Below, one piece after another: positions 22,701 to 52,023 of a DNA stretch of 64,000 nt. Numbering within the stretch: the first letter of the stretch is position 1; each line of letters opens with the position of its first letter. The DNA is from the human T2T-CHM13v2.0 reference genome, Homo sapiens: NCBI RefSeq assembly GCF_009914755.1, contig NC_060930.1. The stretch is one strand, 5' to 3'. Below the pieces are notes generated by a model. That model ran no database searches, was not told where the DNA came from, and saw only the letters and a list, made by a program, of their open reading frames with translations. Made by a program: the position numbers and the translations under genes.

Positions 22701-23399
22701 TCTTCTCAAAACAAGTATGCCATGCCTCAATCCTGCTTTTAAAGTCTTCAAGGACTCTGATCATCAGTAGGGCACACAAGACTATTCACGACTGACCTAG
22801 GCGTATCTGACCACACTCGAGTCTACCATTCCACGACTCACACCAGTCCTTCCAGCCACACCAAACTACTTGCCGTTTCCAGAAAATTCCAAACAAAGAA
22901 AGTCCAAGCTAAGAAAACCCTCATTCCCATTCATCTTTGAAAGAACTAGTTCAAGTGTTCTATATAGTATTCGCTAGCTTTGCTTCTTCCCACCCCCCAC
23001 CAAAGAAGCCGCCCTCTTCTGGTTTCCGTGGCAACTTACACATTCTTCTACCATAACACATAGAAAACTAAAATGGGTTCCTGTGTCTACTTCCCCCAGT
23101 GGAAAAATCAGACCCTCGGGGGCAAGAAGCCAAGCCCAGGACTTAGCCCAGTGCCTCGAAGGCTCAGTCCACACTCCAGACAACCTCTTCCTCCTCCACC
23201 TAAGCGGTATGCCCACACTCGCTGCGCCAAGCACACCCTAACTGCCTTCATCAAGATTTAACCGATTACACACCAAGCAATAGTTCCTATGTTCCTCTCA
23301 CGAGTAAACACAATAAAGGCACAAAAGCTATGGGTATTGTATGTGCAGCTCGAATCACACACACACACGCCCCACACACACACTCCCAAAGGCAATTAA

Positions 23400-24180
23400 T
23401 GACCGCAAGCACCGTCCACCGGACTGGCCAACACAAAATACGGGAGAAGGGCTGCCAAGGCTCAAACGAATTCCCGTCACAAAAACTTTTCTAGCCAAGG
23501 CCGGTTAATAAAATAGCCCAGTCGCGGGCACCAGCAGCCCAGAAGCTCGAGCTCTAGCCAATCTCTGCCCTGGACTGCGCAGAGAAGGGAAAGTAGGGAG
23601 ACAAGCTCGGGGGCCCCGGCGACAGGTGAGTGGGGCTCAAGCCTCACCACGCGGCCGTTCTTCGGTGTACAAGTCGATGACGACGTCGCCTAAAGTGGTC
23701 TCCAGTAGAACCGCCATGGCGCCCGCTCCTCCTCCGCTACAAACCCCGGGAGGAGGGGGGTGACAGGCGCAGGCCGACGGCGTCGTCTACGCCACGCGTC
23801 ACCCTCGGCGCGACCCCTTTTGCGTCATCTCGCCGGCGCCGCCCCCGGTTCCGAGCAGTTCCTTCCGGTCGGCGTGCGGGCGCCGGGCTGCCCAGCTGAC
23901 TTACGGATCGGGTTGGTCCCGCCCCCGGCGCGGCCGTTTTGAAAATCCTGGTCCGCCCTTGGCGATTTTGGTGGAAGCCTGTCCCTCAGAACGGTCTCAG
24001 TATAGTGTTTTGTGCCCCGTTTGTGTCCGTCTCAAGAGCAGAGCGGCCCTCCGCGCGGCCCTTTTATCCACCAGGGGGCGCCCGCGGCGGGATCTTCTCT
24101 CCACCTATTTGGGCGGACTCCTCCGGGTTTCCTCGTCAGTCTCCTTTTCGCAAAACAACTTTGGGCCTCTACTAGGGGTT
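23400..24180 (-). promoter_or_regulatory. PPIL4 CpG-island promoter (CRE-like TGCGTCA ~23821, ETS CTTCCGG ~23862, GC box ~23918)
   Basis: High CpG density around exon 1; motifs read directly from sequence. Confidence 0.85.
23648..23717 (-). CDS. PPIL4: PPIL4 coding exon 1 (70 nt; MAVLLETTLGDVVIDLYTEERPR)
   Basis: ATG in strong Kozak context (gccATGg) inside a CpG island; cyclophilin N-terminal strand; donor G|gtgagg. Confidence 0.96.
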
Positions 24181-24191
24181 TCCGATTCTAA

Positions 24192-28828
<4,637 letters not shown>

Positions 28829-30385
28829 TCCCTTCTAGCTTGTAGAGTTTCTGCTGGTAGTGGCAAATTCTCTCAGCATTTGTTTGTCTGAAATAGACTG
28901 TATCTTTGTTTGTGAAGCTTGGTTTCACTGGATACAAAATTCTTGGCTGATAATTGTTTTGTTTAAGGAGGCTAAAGATAAGACCCCAATCCCGACAAGC
29001 TTATAGGGTCTCTGCTGAGAAACTGTTGTTAATCTGATAGGTTTTCCTTTATAGGTTACCTGATGCTTTTGCCTCACAGCTCTTAAGATTCTTTCCTTCT
29101 TCTTGACTTTAGATAACCTAATGACTATGTGCCTAGGTGGTGATCTTTTTGTGATGAATTTCCCGGGTGTTCTTTGAGCTTCTTGTATTTGGATGTCTAG
29201 GTTTCTAGCAAGGCCAGCCCCAGAGCTGTTTGTACTGGCACCAGTGTTAAGTGGGTCAAATTCTTGGGCCTCCAGGTGGCTTGCTCAAATGCTGGTAGTG
29301 CTAGTGATAATCCAGGTGTTTGGGTAGGTTTTGGGCTCCTGGGTAGCTGCTGGGAAGTGACTGATGGCAGTAGCAGTGGTGGAGCAACCCACTGGGGCCC
29401 AAGCAGTTTGTGCTGGTATTGGCGAGGGCTGTGACAGGTTGAGTTGCACTGGTAGCACTGCCAGCTGTGATAGTATCAGCAGGATGGGTCAGCCCAACCT
29501 TAGACCCCAGCAGGAGTGGCCATTCAGGTGTCAATGGTCATAGATTGGGATGGGTGATTTTCAGGTCCCTGGATAGCATGCTTGAGTACTGGAGGAATGG
29601 TACTGGGCTGGCCAACTTGTCCTCTGGCCCTGTGGTAGTGCGTTTACATGCTTTTTGTGATAGGCAGAGGCAGAATGGTCCACAGGCCACAGGCAGAATG
29701 CTCAGGTGTGGGCAGTGGCAGCTGTGCTGTGGGCCTGCCCTCAGGGAAGGTGAGACCTATCTCAACTGGAGTAGCGCAGGCAGGCAGCTGTAGGCAGTGC
29801 AGTTTGCCCGGGCCTTGGTCCCACAGCAGCCTGCAGCTGCAGTGGTGAGATTTGTCCTGGGGTTGCATGGGAGTGCCCGGCCTCCCCTCTCACTTCTCAG
29901 CCCAGTGGCAGCAATGTCAGCATCAGCCTGGCCCCCGGGCAAGATACAAATCCCCAGAGGCTAGGCTCTGAAAATGTCACCAAGCTGAAGCTACTCTGGT
30001 CTTGGATGCCTCTGGGACTTTGTATGAGTTCCCTCTTTGAAGCTGTGTCTCTGTGCGATCTCTAAGCACCTTCCTGTTAGGCTTGAGGCCTGCATGGGTT
30101 GAGTGGTTCTGCAGCTACATTATAAAAGACGATGACAGAAATATGAAGCTCTAAGGGTTTCTCTCTTACCCTTTCCCTGTATTGGGAAGCTTCTCCCACT
30201 TCTCATCCAATCCTGGCTGAGCAAGCTGCCTCTTTCCCTGCTTTCAGTGCTTCCTGTCACTTTTCTGTTGAATCCCAGTGTTCTTTCTTAGACAATCGCT
30301 TTGAAGTGTGAATATCTAGTTGCTATATTTGTCCCTCTCCATGGAGGAGGTGCATACTAGCTGCATCTAGTCAGGCATCTTGAAA
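28829..30385 (-). mobile_element. Old L1 5'UTR/ORF1 fragments
   Basis: Antisense L1 ORF1 text (tttcactggatacaaaattcttggctg, aatctgataggttttcc) and L1 5'-end-like ctagtcaggcatcttg. Confidence 0.7.
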
Positions 30386-30993
30386 CCTCTCCTTGATGTT
30401 AATGTTTGGAAAGCAACAAAAATGTACTAATCTTTCCTCCAGACTTAATCTACTTTACTATTTACATTTGGTAGAATTGCAAATAATATAGCTCTTTCTT
30501 TTCACCTATGTAACTACTATACAAACCACTTCAACATATTTAAATATTTGTAGCATTAGAGACAATAAGATAATGACAAGCAGAAACTATATAATGAAAT
30601 GGTATTTTCCTTGTGATGGTAGAATATTTTATATTTAGGGATATAATTAAGTACAGCATAATTTAAAGATGGTGTAAATTACACACTGAATAATAATAAG
30701 AAGGTATTCTATCTAGAAAGATGTCCATACCTTAATTATCACTGTTGGAAAGTGATTGAAAAATTAAAAATTAAAAAAAAAATGCCCATACCAGAGTCTG
30801 ATTCTTCAAAACAATCTGGCAATACCGTATATAGTCATTAATGAATAACTCCAGATGTGAAATCATTTCTCATATTTATTATGTCACTTTCCAATTCTCT
30901 TTGAATAGTCCAAATTCTTCTTTAAAAATTAAAATTGATTAGTGGCTCACGCCTGTAATCCCAACACTTTGGGAGGCCAAGGCAGGCAGATTA

Positions 30994-31305
<312 letters not shown>

Positions 31306-31591
31306 CTACTCTTTAACACTATCTCTAGTCTTCTAATTTAGGATTCTGCTAGGGAAAGATTATATGAGTTATATACACAGTATCAGGCAATTAGGTTGAA
31401 CTAATGTTTCAGTTTTCTTTTTCTTTCTTGAAAAAAATGTTTTTGAGACAGGGTCTCACTCCTATTCAGGCTGGAGTGCAGTGGGATGATCAGGGCTCAC
31501 TGCTGCTTCAACCTCGGTGAGTATTGAAGTCCCCCACTCTACTAAAAATACAAAAATTTGCCAGATGTGGTGGCAGATGCCTGTAATCTCA

Positions 31592-34830
<3,239 letters not shown>

Positions 34831-34849
34831 AAAGTAATTGACAATAAAA

Positions 34850-38510
<3,661 letters not shown>

Positions 38511-38974
38511 CAAATAGATTGGTTGGGTTGTATATGAGAGGTGCACTCCCAGAGGTGCCCACCAGGGCATGAGCTCTGGATTGGCTGTGTTGTATATGAG
38601 ATGTAAACTCCCAGAGGTGCCCAGGGAAGTAGTTTGCGATTTCTAGGAATTAGCTAACCCTCGGAGCAGCAGTGTCTCCAGGGCCAGCAAGGCCCCAGGT
38701 GCCGTAACATCAAGAATACAGAAAATAGGCAAATACAGTTAATACATATGGCTATGAAGTTGCCTGTCATTTTAGCACCAACTGAGGTAAACAATGATAA
38801 AGTGAGGCTTTTATATTCTAGTGAATTAAATAAAGTGAATCCTGACTTAAAAGAAGAAAATCCACTCCCAAGAGGGAAATCCACTGAAGGCAGAGGAAAG
38901 ACACCCTACACTCTGCTTCTGCTTCCAAGTGGAGGCTTCTTTCATTTCTAAAGGTGATTTAAAAAGTCAAATAA

Positions 38975-42772
<3,798 letters not shown>

Positions 42773-43429
42773 TTCTAGATTCCTTTTTTTTTTTTTTTTT
42801 TTTAATAGACTCAGGCGATCCTCCTGCCTGCGTTTGCTGCATAGCTGGGAGTACAGGCACAAATGACCACGCCCATCTCCAAATTCATTTTTAATTCCAG
42901 CAGTAGGAAAAAAAGGAAAAGGCCAAGTTTGCAGATGGAACCCAGAAGTGTGTGGGGCTTCGCTGTGAAATCACTTGTAGCTTAACAATGGCGTGGGGAA
43001 TCTCAGAGTAAGCCCGGAGTTAGTTGAAAGGAGTCTTTAGCCAAAACGTTTATAATTTATTCTGGGGCGGGGCCGGGGGGGGGGGCGGTGGCGGTCAGCA
43101 GGCCTGTGGGAGGAGGGTGTTCAAAGGAGTAAAGGGGGCTCAAAGAGAGAAATAGATTCTTGTTTCCTTTTTCATGTCAAAAGTTTTATTTCATGTCAAA
43201 AGTTTTATTTCAAAGGAAGACTAAATATTACTCTTATTCTGCCTGAATGGCCAAGTTTCCAAGTTTTTCTCAATCAACATGCAATCCTGTTAATCTAAAA
43301 TGCTTGAATTTCTTGCTACTCTGCTTTACAGGGTTCCGTAACTTTTTTTTTTTTTTAAATCTGCAAGGTGGAAGAAAAGTCTAACACTTTCACTTTAGAG
43401 TTACGATACTGACCAAAAAGGCACTGACA

Positions 43430-45010
43430 GCCCAGGTGCGCTGGCTTCCTTCCAGCTGAGCGCTGTCCCCGCGCCGCCTCCAGGGGTCGGCAGAATGCTG
43501 AACAGTAAGCATGGCGCATCCTCAACCTTGGCCCCACAATGAATCACCCGAGAAAATTAAAAAACCACCAGGGCCCGAGCCGCAGCCCAGGCTGGAAAGT
43601 GGGGTGTTCAGGAAGACCCCAGTACTTTTTAAAGCTGCCCGGGAGAGTCCCACGTGCAGCCAAGGGTGGGGAATTACCCACTTAATAAAAACTTCCCCTG
43701 TAAATGCGATGTTTCATTTTTAATGTATAACAGTTTTCTGAAATATTACCGTTGTTTTCATCGTATAGGTACATGTACATGTGCACACACAGACACATGC
43801 ATGTGTGTAAATACTAATTTTAAAAATAATGGTTACGAGGACATTTACATCGCTCCAGTTGGAGTCCTGTCCAATCCTGAGGGCGGGTCTAATGAGGGGC
43901 CGTACCTTCCAAGATTTCACTCCGCCCCTCGACGCCGCGCGGCGCTGCGCGTGCGCAAACGCCTTTCCCTGGCGAGCCGGATCTCGGAGCGTCCCCGCGC
44001 CTCTCCGCGGCCGCCCGGGGAGGGGAGGGCCCGTCCCGCCCCTCCCCGCCTCTCCCCGCCCCTCCCCGTCCCTCCCGCCGAAGCTCCGTCCCGCCCGCGG
44101 GCCGGCTCCGCCCTCACCTCCCGGCCGCGGCTGCCCTCTGCCCGGGTTGTCCAAGATGGAGGGCGCTCCACCGGGGTCGCTCGCCCTCCGGCTCCTGCTG
44201 TTCGTGGCGCTACCCGCCTCCGGCTGGCTGACGACGGGCGCCCCCGAGCCGCCGCCGCTGTCCGGAGCCCCACAGGTAGGGCAGGGCGGGCCTGGCTGGC
44301 CGCTTTACGACTCCGACTCTCCGGGAGGCCCGGGCTGTCCACAGTGACGCTTCCCACATCCCACCGGCGGGCAGGGGCGGGGGTCCGGGCCCCCGAAGGA
44401 GGTGTGGGGAGAAGCACCCCAGGAAATGGGGGCGGCGTGGGAGGCCGAGGTAAGAGGAAAGGGACCCACTGGGGCTGCGTCGCTGTGAGTGAGCCTCGAG
44501 CCACTCCACACCGACTCTCCGGCGGCCCAAGCCGGCGCGCGACCTGACGGGGCTTTGCCGTCGAAGCGCGCGGTTGCCGGTGATCAGGCCTTCGTAATGG
44601 CGCCTTCCCGGGGTAGAGCCAGCGCTTGGGCAAGGAATGTTTGTGTGCTCGGGAAGTGTGGAAGTTGCCCACTTCGCGCATTTCCAGGCCACTTGTGCCT
44701 GCTCGGCCTGCGATCGCGAGGGTCCGCCGTTCCGAGGCTGCGGGGCTCCGCCGGGCTCAGGTGGGCAGAGGGAGAGACCTGGCCCTCGCGCGACGTAATG
44801 TTTTTGTCGGATGTTGGAGGAGAAGTTCTCACGGCGGGGCGCGATCGGCGGTGTCCGCATCCCCTGGGAACTCAGCCCGGCCTCTGGGGGCGGGGCCCAG
44901 CAGTCCGGGTTGGAGAGTCCTGCAGGTGCTTCTGATGCCAGCTGAGGTGGGAGAATCGAGGCATCCTAACATTAAAACGTGGCTGATGCTCACCATTCCT
45001 GCCGTAGAGT
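43430..45010 (+). promoter_or_regulatory. GINM1 CpG-island promoter (CCAAT 43871-43875, NRF1-like TGCGCGTGCGCA 43946-43957, multiple Sp1 GC boxes, YY1-like CAAGATGG over the ATG)
   Basis: High CpG/GC density around exon 1; motifs read directly. Confidence 0.85.
44156..44275 (+). CDS. GINM1: GINM1 coding exon 1 (120 nt; [40 protein letters not shown]), signal peptide
   Basis: aagATGg Kozak, hydrophobic signal h-region, CAG|gtaggg donor; protein recognised as GINM1 (C6orf72). Confidence 0.93.
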
Positions 45011-45155
45011 CGTGCCTACCTAGGCCAGTATCAGCCTTTTTTCAGTAGAATGGTAGGGAAAAGTTTGAATATTTTAAAGAGCAAGTGTTCTGAGAATGAC
45101 AAGAAACTATGTCGGTACACCTCTTCCTAGTCAAGACTTGAATATGAACACTCTA

Positions 45156-45408
<253 letters not shown>

Positions 45409-46162
45409 TTAACGTTTTAGGATAATGACATTACCCCACGTGGGTACAAAAATGATGAGCATGTCTCAGTTCTGCAGGGCATTCCAAGAAGCCACGACAT
45501 TGCCTGCCATAAGAACCACCTATATCTGAAATTATATGTGGACCACAGTTGCATCTGGTTAAACAATAGGAATGTGATGGACAGGCACCAAGGGACCAAA
45601 TAAAAGTGAAATAGTTCTAAAAAGTTCTGGAAATACGGACATTATTTTCCTATTTTTCAAGTTTTAAAGATTCATAATTGACACCTATGTGTCAATGAGA
45701 TGTTTACGTCTATATAATCTGCGAAAAATACATTTTGACTGCAGGCTTAAAATACACTGCATTGTCGGCTGGCTCTTAGTGATGATTTTACTATTTCAGT
45801 TCTCCCTTCTTGGGCCTTCATTTCACTTTCAGAAAGTCCAGATCTAAACTCGGAAATTCACATATTACGCTGGGTGCAGTGGCTCACGCCTGTAATCCCA
45901 GCTACTGGGAATCCAAAGCCAGAGGATTGCCTGAGACCAAGAGTTGGGTGTTGGATGATAAGCCTGGTTAACATAGCAAGAGCCTGTCTCAACAACAAAA
46001 AGTTTCACAGATTAAATGAGTGCTGAACAACTAGAAAGAGAATCTCATTACCTGGACTGTGTCTGTGGGAAACTGAAGTCCCTTGATCTAAGTCTTCTCA
46101 ACGTCTTATTGTGAAACATTTCCAATAGGAAAGAATTTCACAGTGGTCCCACATATTGTGTA

Positions 46163-46363
46163 AGTGCTGTCCAGTAGAACTTTCTGCCTTGATGGTTATG
46201 TCTTTTCTCACCTTGTGGGTAGCCACTAGACTGCTGTGGCCACTGAGCACTTGAAATGTGGCCAGTGCCAGTGAGGAACTGTTTTTAAATTTTTATTTAA
46301 TTTTAATCAATGTAAATGTAAATAGTCACAAGTGATTAGTGTGTACCATATTGAACAGTGCAG
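46163..46363 (+). mobile_element. MER3-like hAT-Charlie MITE
   Basis: gtgctgtccagtagaactttctg...gagcacttgaaatgtggc...gaacagtgcag. Confidence 0.75.
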
Positions 46364-46588
46364 AACCAGACTACCCTTAACATTACTAGCTTTATCACAT
46401 CTGTCCATCCTCGTTTCCAGTCTGATATAAATTAAACTGGTTGAAGTCAGGAAAATTCTGCCTTCTTCCGATGACTCAGATTTATTGGACTATAAGCATT
46501 TTTCTGTTTTTATGTATGCAGTTGTCAGAAGTTGAGGTAATACAAGATTGCACATAAGATTGAAAAATAAAAGTCTTTTTTTTTTTGA

Positions 46589-46696
<108 letters not shown>

Positions 46697-46739
46697 TGAG
46701 TAGCTGGTACTACTGGCGCGTGCCACCACACCTGGCTAG

Positions 46740-46955
<216 letters not shown>

Positions 46956-46987
46956 TAGTAGAGATGGGGTTTCACCATGTTGGCTAG

Positions 46988-47289
<302 letters not shown>

Positions 47290-47875
47290 TAGCTGGTCTC
47301 AAACTCCTGACCTCAGGTGATCCACCCGCCTCAGCCTCCCAAAGTGCTAGGATTACAGGCATGAGCCACCATGCCCGACCGAAAAATAAAAGTCTTTATA
47401 GTAAATTCTTCTAATACTAAAATAACTTGGTCACCAAAGAGAGGCATTCGGAGGACACTTACTTTCTTGTATGCATAACTGTATATTTCGCTCAGACGTA
47501 TTTTAAACCAGCTGTCTATTACCTTTATTCTTAGGAAGACACTTATGTCCCCAGTGGGCATCCTATGAGTAAAGGAATTAGAAGAATTGAAGATTTTTAG
47601 GGAGAAACTTTTCAGTGTCCCCAAGCACTTTTTAAGTATATGCAACCCTGGCTTACGAGCCTGAACTTCCAGTTCAATCAGAAGTTCTCAAGAACAATAA
47701 ATATGACCTGGCTCTGAACTCCTGGCCAGGGGGCAGTAAGGAGTGTGATTCCCTTTTGCAGTGAAATCATTCAGAAAGACCAGAAAATAATTTTGTTGTA
47801 CTTGGTTCTCTGGAAAATATAGTGTGCTTGTGTCTGTTAATTGTCTTTTTCAAACTCTGTAATTTTACTAGGTAG

Positions 47876-47880
<5 letters not shown>

Positions 47881-47922
<42 letters not shown>
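47881..47922. repeat. (AT)21 microsatellite
   Basis: Seen directly. Confidence 0.95.
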
Positions 47923-47927
<5 letters not shown>

Positions 47928-49586
47928 TCAGTAACTTGCTAACAATATAGTGTTCACTGCTAAAAGGCAGAAGCTATAAAATGGTTTCCTAGAACAACAT
48001 TGGAGGCTTACTTCTGGGCTGTTAGAAGAATAATAGTTTATAATTAATACATTCTCTAGTTTGCAAAGGAGATCCATATGACTTGAATTTGGACACAAAA
48101 CAATGTAGCTATCAATCTCATAGCTCATTGAATGTGGATTTGTTTTAGATGCACTATTGGTTCTAACCGTCTAGATCAAGGTGAGCCAGGAAAAAGCTGG
48201 CTAGTTCTGAGGAATTTCTAGTTAGAAAGCTTCCTAGGCTCCTAGTTGGGAAGTGAACCAGTCACCCTAAATGTATGATGTTGGTCTTGTGTGGTATGAA
48301 TCCTCTTTCACAAATTATTCCTGGAATCAGCTCGACCTCATGAAATTTCATCAGTCTTATTCTCTCATTTGTGGGAAATTATATATAAAGTATTTAGGAT
48401 ACTCAGGGCCAGCAGATATACTTGTATATTCTTTTTGATGTTTATGAACAGTTTTCCTATTTTCTAAGTTAATACAACCTCAAAGAAAAAGTATTTGAGA
48501 GTATTGTTTTTATTCCAGAATAACAATGTCTATTTGTGAATAAACTTAGGAAAGAATTTGATTTAGAAATGATAGATTGTAGTTCCTGTGGTCAGTGGTA
48601 AATACTTCTTAAAATAGTGCTTGCTTCTGTATATAAAGCATGTCATCTTCAATATTTGGGTATCCTGCTTTTGATAATACCTTGAGAGGCAATAAAATTG
48701 GAGCATTACAGATGCTTGTATAAGAAACACACTCAAGAAAGGGTCAGTGCAACTTTGGTCAGGTGCGGTGGCTCACGCCTGTAATCCCAGCACTTTGGGA
48801 GGCCGAGGTGGGTGGATCACGAGGTCGGGAGTTCGCAACCAGCCTGACCAACGTGGTGAAACCCCCGTCTCTACTAAAAATACAAAAATTAGCCAGGTGT
48901 GGTGATGCATGCCTGTAATCCCAGCTACTCAGAAGGCTGAGGCAGGAGAATCACTTGAACCCGGGAGGCGGAGATTGCAGTGAGCCAAGATCGCCACTGC
49001 ACTCTAGCCTGGGCAACAGAGCGAGACTCCCTCTCAAAAAAAAAAAAAAAAAAGTCATTGCAACTTTATTTATAAAAGGAAAAAAGTTGGAAACAACTCA
49101 GATGTCCGTGGGTAATAGAATAAATAAGTAAATTGGTAGTCAGAGATGGACTACTGTGATTACAGCTATGTGCATCAACAGTATCAACTACAGTTACGGA
49201 AGAATACATGTGTACTGTTATCCCACTTACATAAAGCTCAGAAACAGATAAAACTAAGCAACATATTGTTTAGAGAGAGAGACACAGGTAGTAAAACTAT
49301 AAAGAAAAGCAAGAAATGATTCAAATGGAATTGGGTATAGGATTCCTTCTGGGGGGATAGAGGGCAATCATGCAGAGCCTGCCAAGGTAGGGGTAATATT
49401 TTATATTTTATCCTCGGTGGTACTTACAGGAGTGCTCATCTTTTAAACTCTATATTTGCATATTATATACTCATGTGATACTTTTCACAAGTAAATAGAA
49501 AAAGTATATATTATAAAAAATTAGACCGGGCGCGGTGACTCACGCCTGTAATTCCAGCACTTTGGGAGGCCGAGGAGGGCGGATCA

Positions 49587-49796
<210 letters not shown>

Positions 49797-49801
49797 TCAA
49801 A

Positions 49802-49833
<32 letters not shown>

Positions 49834-50011
49834 GGAATTGTAAATAAGGGTGGAAAAATGGCTATAAAATGGAAAAGATGATCTTTTAAACTCTCTTAAT
49901 GCTGTTATAAGTGATTGTACAATAGATACAATTGGAGGGAAAAGAGAAAGCCACGTTGTTCTCAATCTGTGAGATGCACACCTTCCAATTTACACAATAC
50001 TTGTTTTACAG

Positions 50012-50071
50012 GACGGCATCAGAATTAATGTAACTACACTGAAAGATGATGGGGACATATCTAAACAGCAG
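50012..50071 (+). CDS. GINM1: GINM1 exon 2 (60 nt; [20 protein letters not shown])
   Basis: ttttacag acceptor, CAG|gtttgt donor; NVT sequon. Confidence 0.92.
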
Positions 50072-50233
50072 GTTTGTCTCCTTTTCTGGTTTTAATATAT
50101 AATTTAGCTAAGTGCTATGCAGCTTATTTGATTTTTTAACTTGCACGTCTCATTTAGTTAATCTTTTTTGACTTGAAGAGTTTGCTATTGTTTATAAATA
50201 TTGGAATTAATGTATATGCTGCTTTATTTTAAG

Positions 50234-50330
50234 GTTGTTCTTAACATAACCTATGAGAGTGGACAGGTGTATGTAAATGACTTACCTGTAAATAGTGGTG
50301 TAACCCGAATAAGCTGTCAGACTTTGATAG
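50234..50330 (+). CDS. GINM1: GINM1 exon 3 (97 nt; [32 protein letters not shown])
   Basis: ttttaag acceptor, TAG|gtgagt donor; NIT sequon; frame continuous. Confidence 0.92.
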
Positions 50331-50410
50331 GTGAGTATTACTAAATTATTTCCATAATTGCTCTGTTTTTTGTGTGTTTGTTGTTGTTGTTGTTGTTGTT
50401 TGTTTTTTGA

Positions 50411-50611
<201 letters not shown>

Positions 50612-50830
50612 TGAACTCCTAGCCTCAAACCATCTACCCTCCTCTGCCTCTCAAAGTGCTGGGATTACAGATGTGAGCCCCTGTGCCTGGCCTGTTCTGT
50701 TTTTAATAATACTAAATTAGCAAAACAATTTTTGGATGTTATATATTTCCATTTTAAAGTAAAAATAGGCTGGGTGCAGTGGCTCACGCCTGTAATCCCA
50801 ACACTTTGGGAGGCCGAGGTGGGCAGATCA

Positions 50831-51079
<249 letters not shown>

Positions 51080-51082
51080 TCA

Positions 51083-51235
<153 letters not shown>

Positions 51236-51783
51236 TTATATTGGCTGCTTCTCGCATATTCACTATTTTCCATAAGATCAGTATTGATGAAACTGTATTT
51301 CTGGTAAGTAGATAACGATGTAAGAATGTGCATAGAGGCGGGGCATGGCGGCTCTAGCACTTTGGGAGGCTGAGGCGGGTGAACTGCCTGAGCCCTGAGT
51401 TCGAGACCAGCCCGGGCAACATGGTAAAACCTTGTCTCTGCAAAAAATACAAAAATAAATTAGCTGGGTGTGGTGATGTGTGCCTGTAGTCCCAGCTACT
51501 CCTGAGAGGTGGGAGGATCGCCACTGTACTCCAGCCTGGGCAACAGAGTAAGACCCTGGCTCAAAAAAAAAAAAATGTGCATAAAGGTAGTAAATGGGAT
51601 AGCAAGAGCCAAGAAAATGAATTGTCTGATTATCTAGTATTCAGTTTCTTCTACCCTTATGTCAGTAGAACATTTTCTTTTTAACCTTTAAAAATTTTGA
51701 GTTGTTTAAAGGTAAGCAGGTATGTTGCATTGGAATATGCCATATTATTTGGATGAAATAGCAAATACAAAGAATATACATAG

Positions 51784-52023
<240 letters not shown>

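Noticed and set aside
43654-45048. Long overlapping Pro/Arg/Gly-rich ORFs (up to 297 aa) on both strands
   Set aside because: Stop-codon depletion in the GC-rich CpG island; only 44156-44275 splices into a coherent protein
45452-45529. ATGATGA ... CTGA 78 nt apart in GINM1 intron 1 (box C/D snoRNA-like)
   Set aside because: No terminal stem, no recognisable rRNA/snRNA guide; such box pairs are expected by chance in 64 kb
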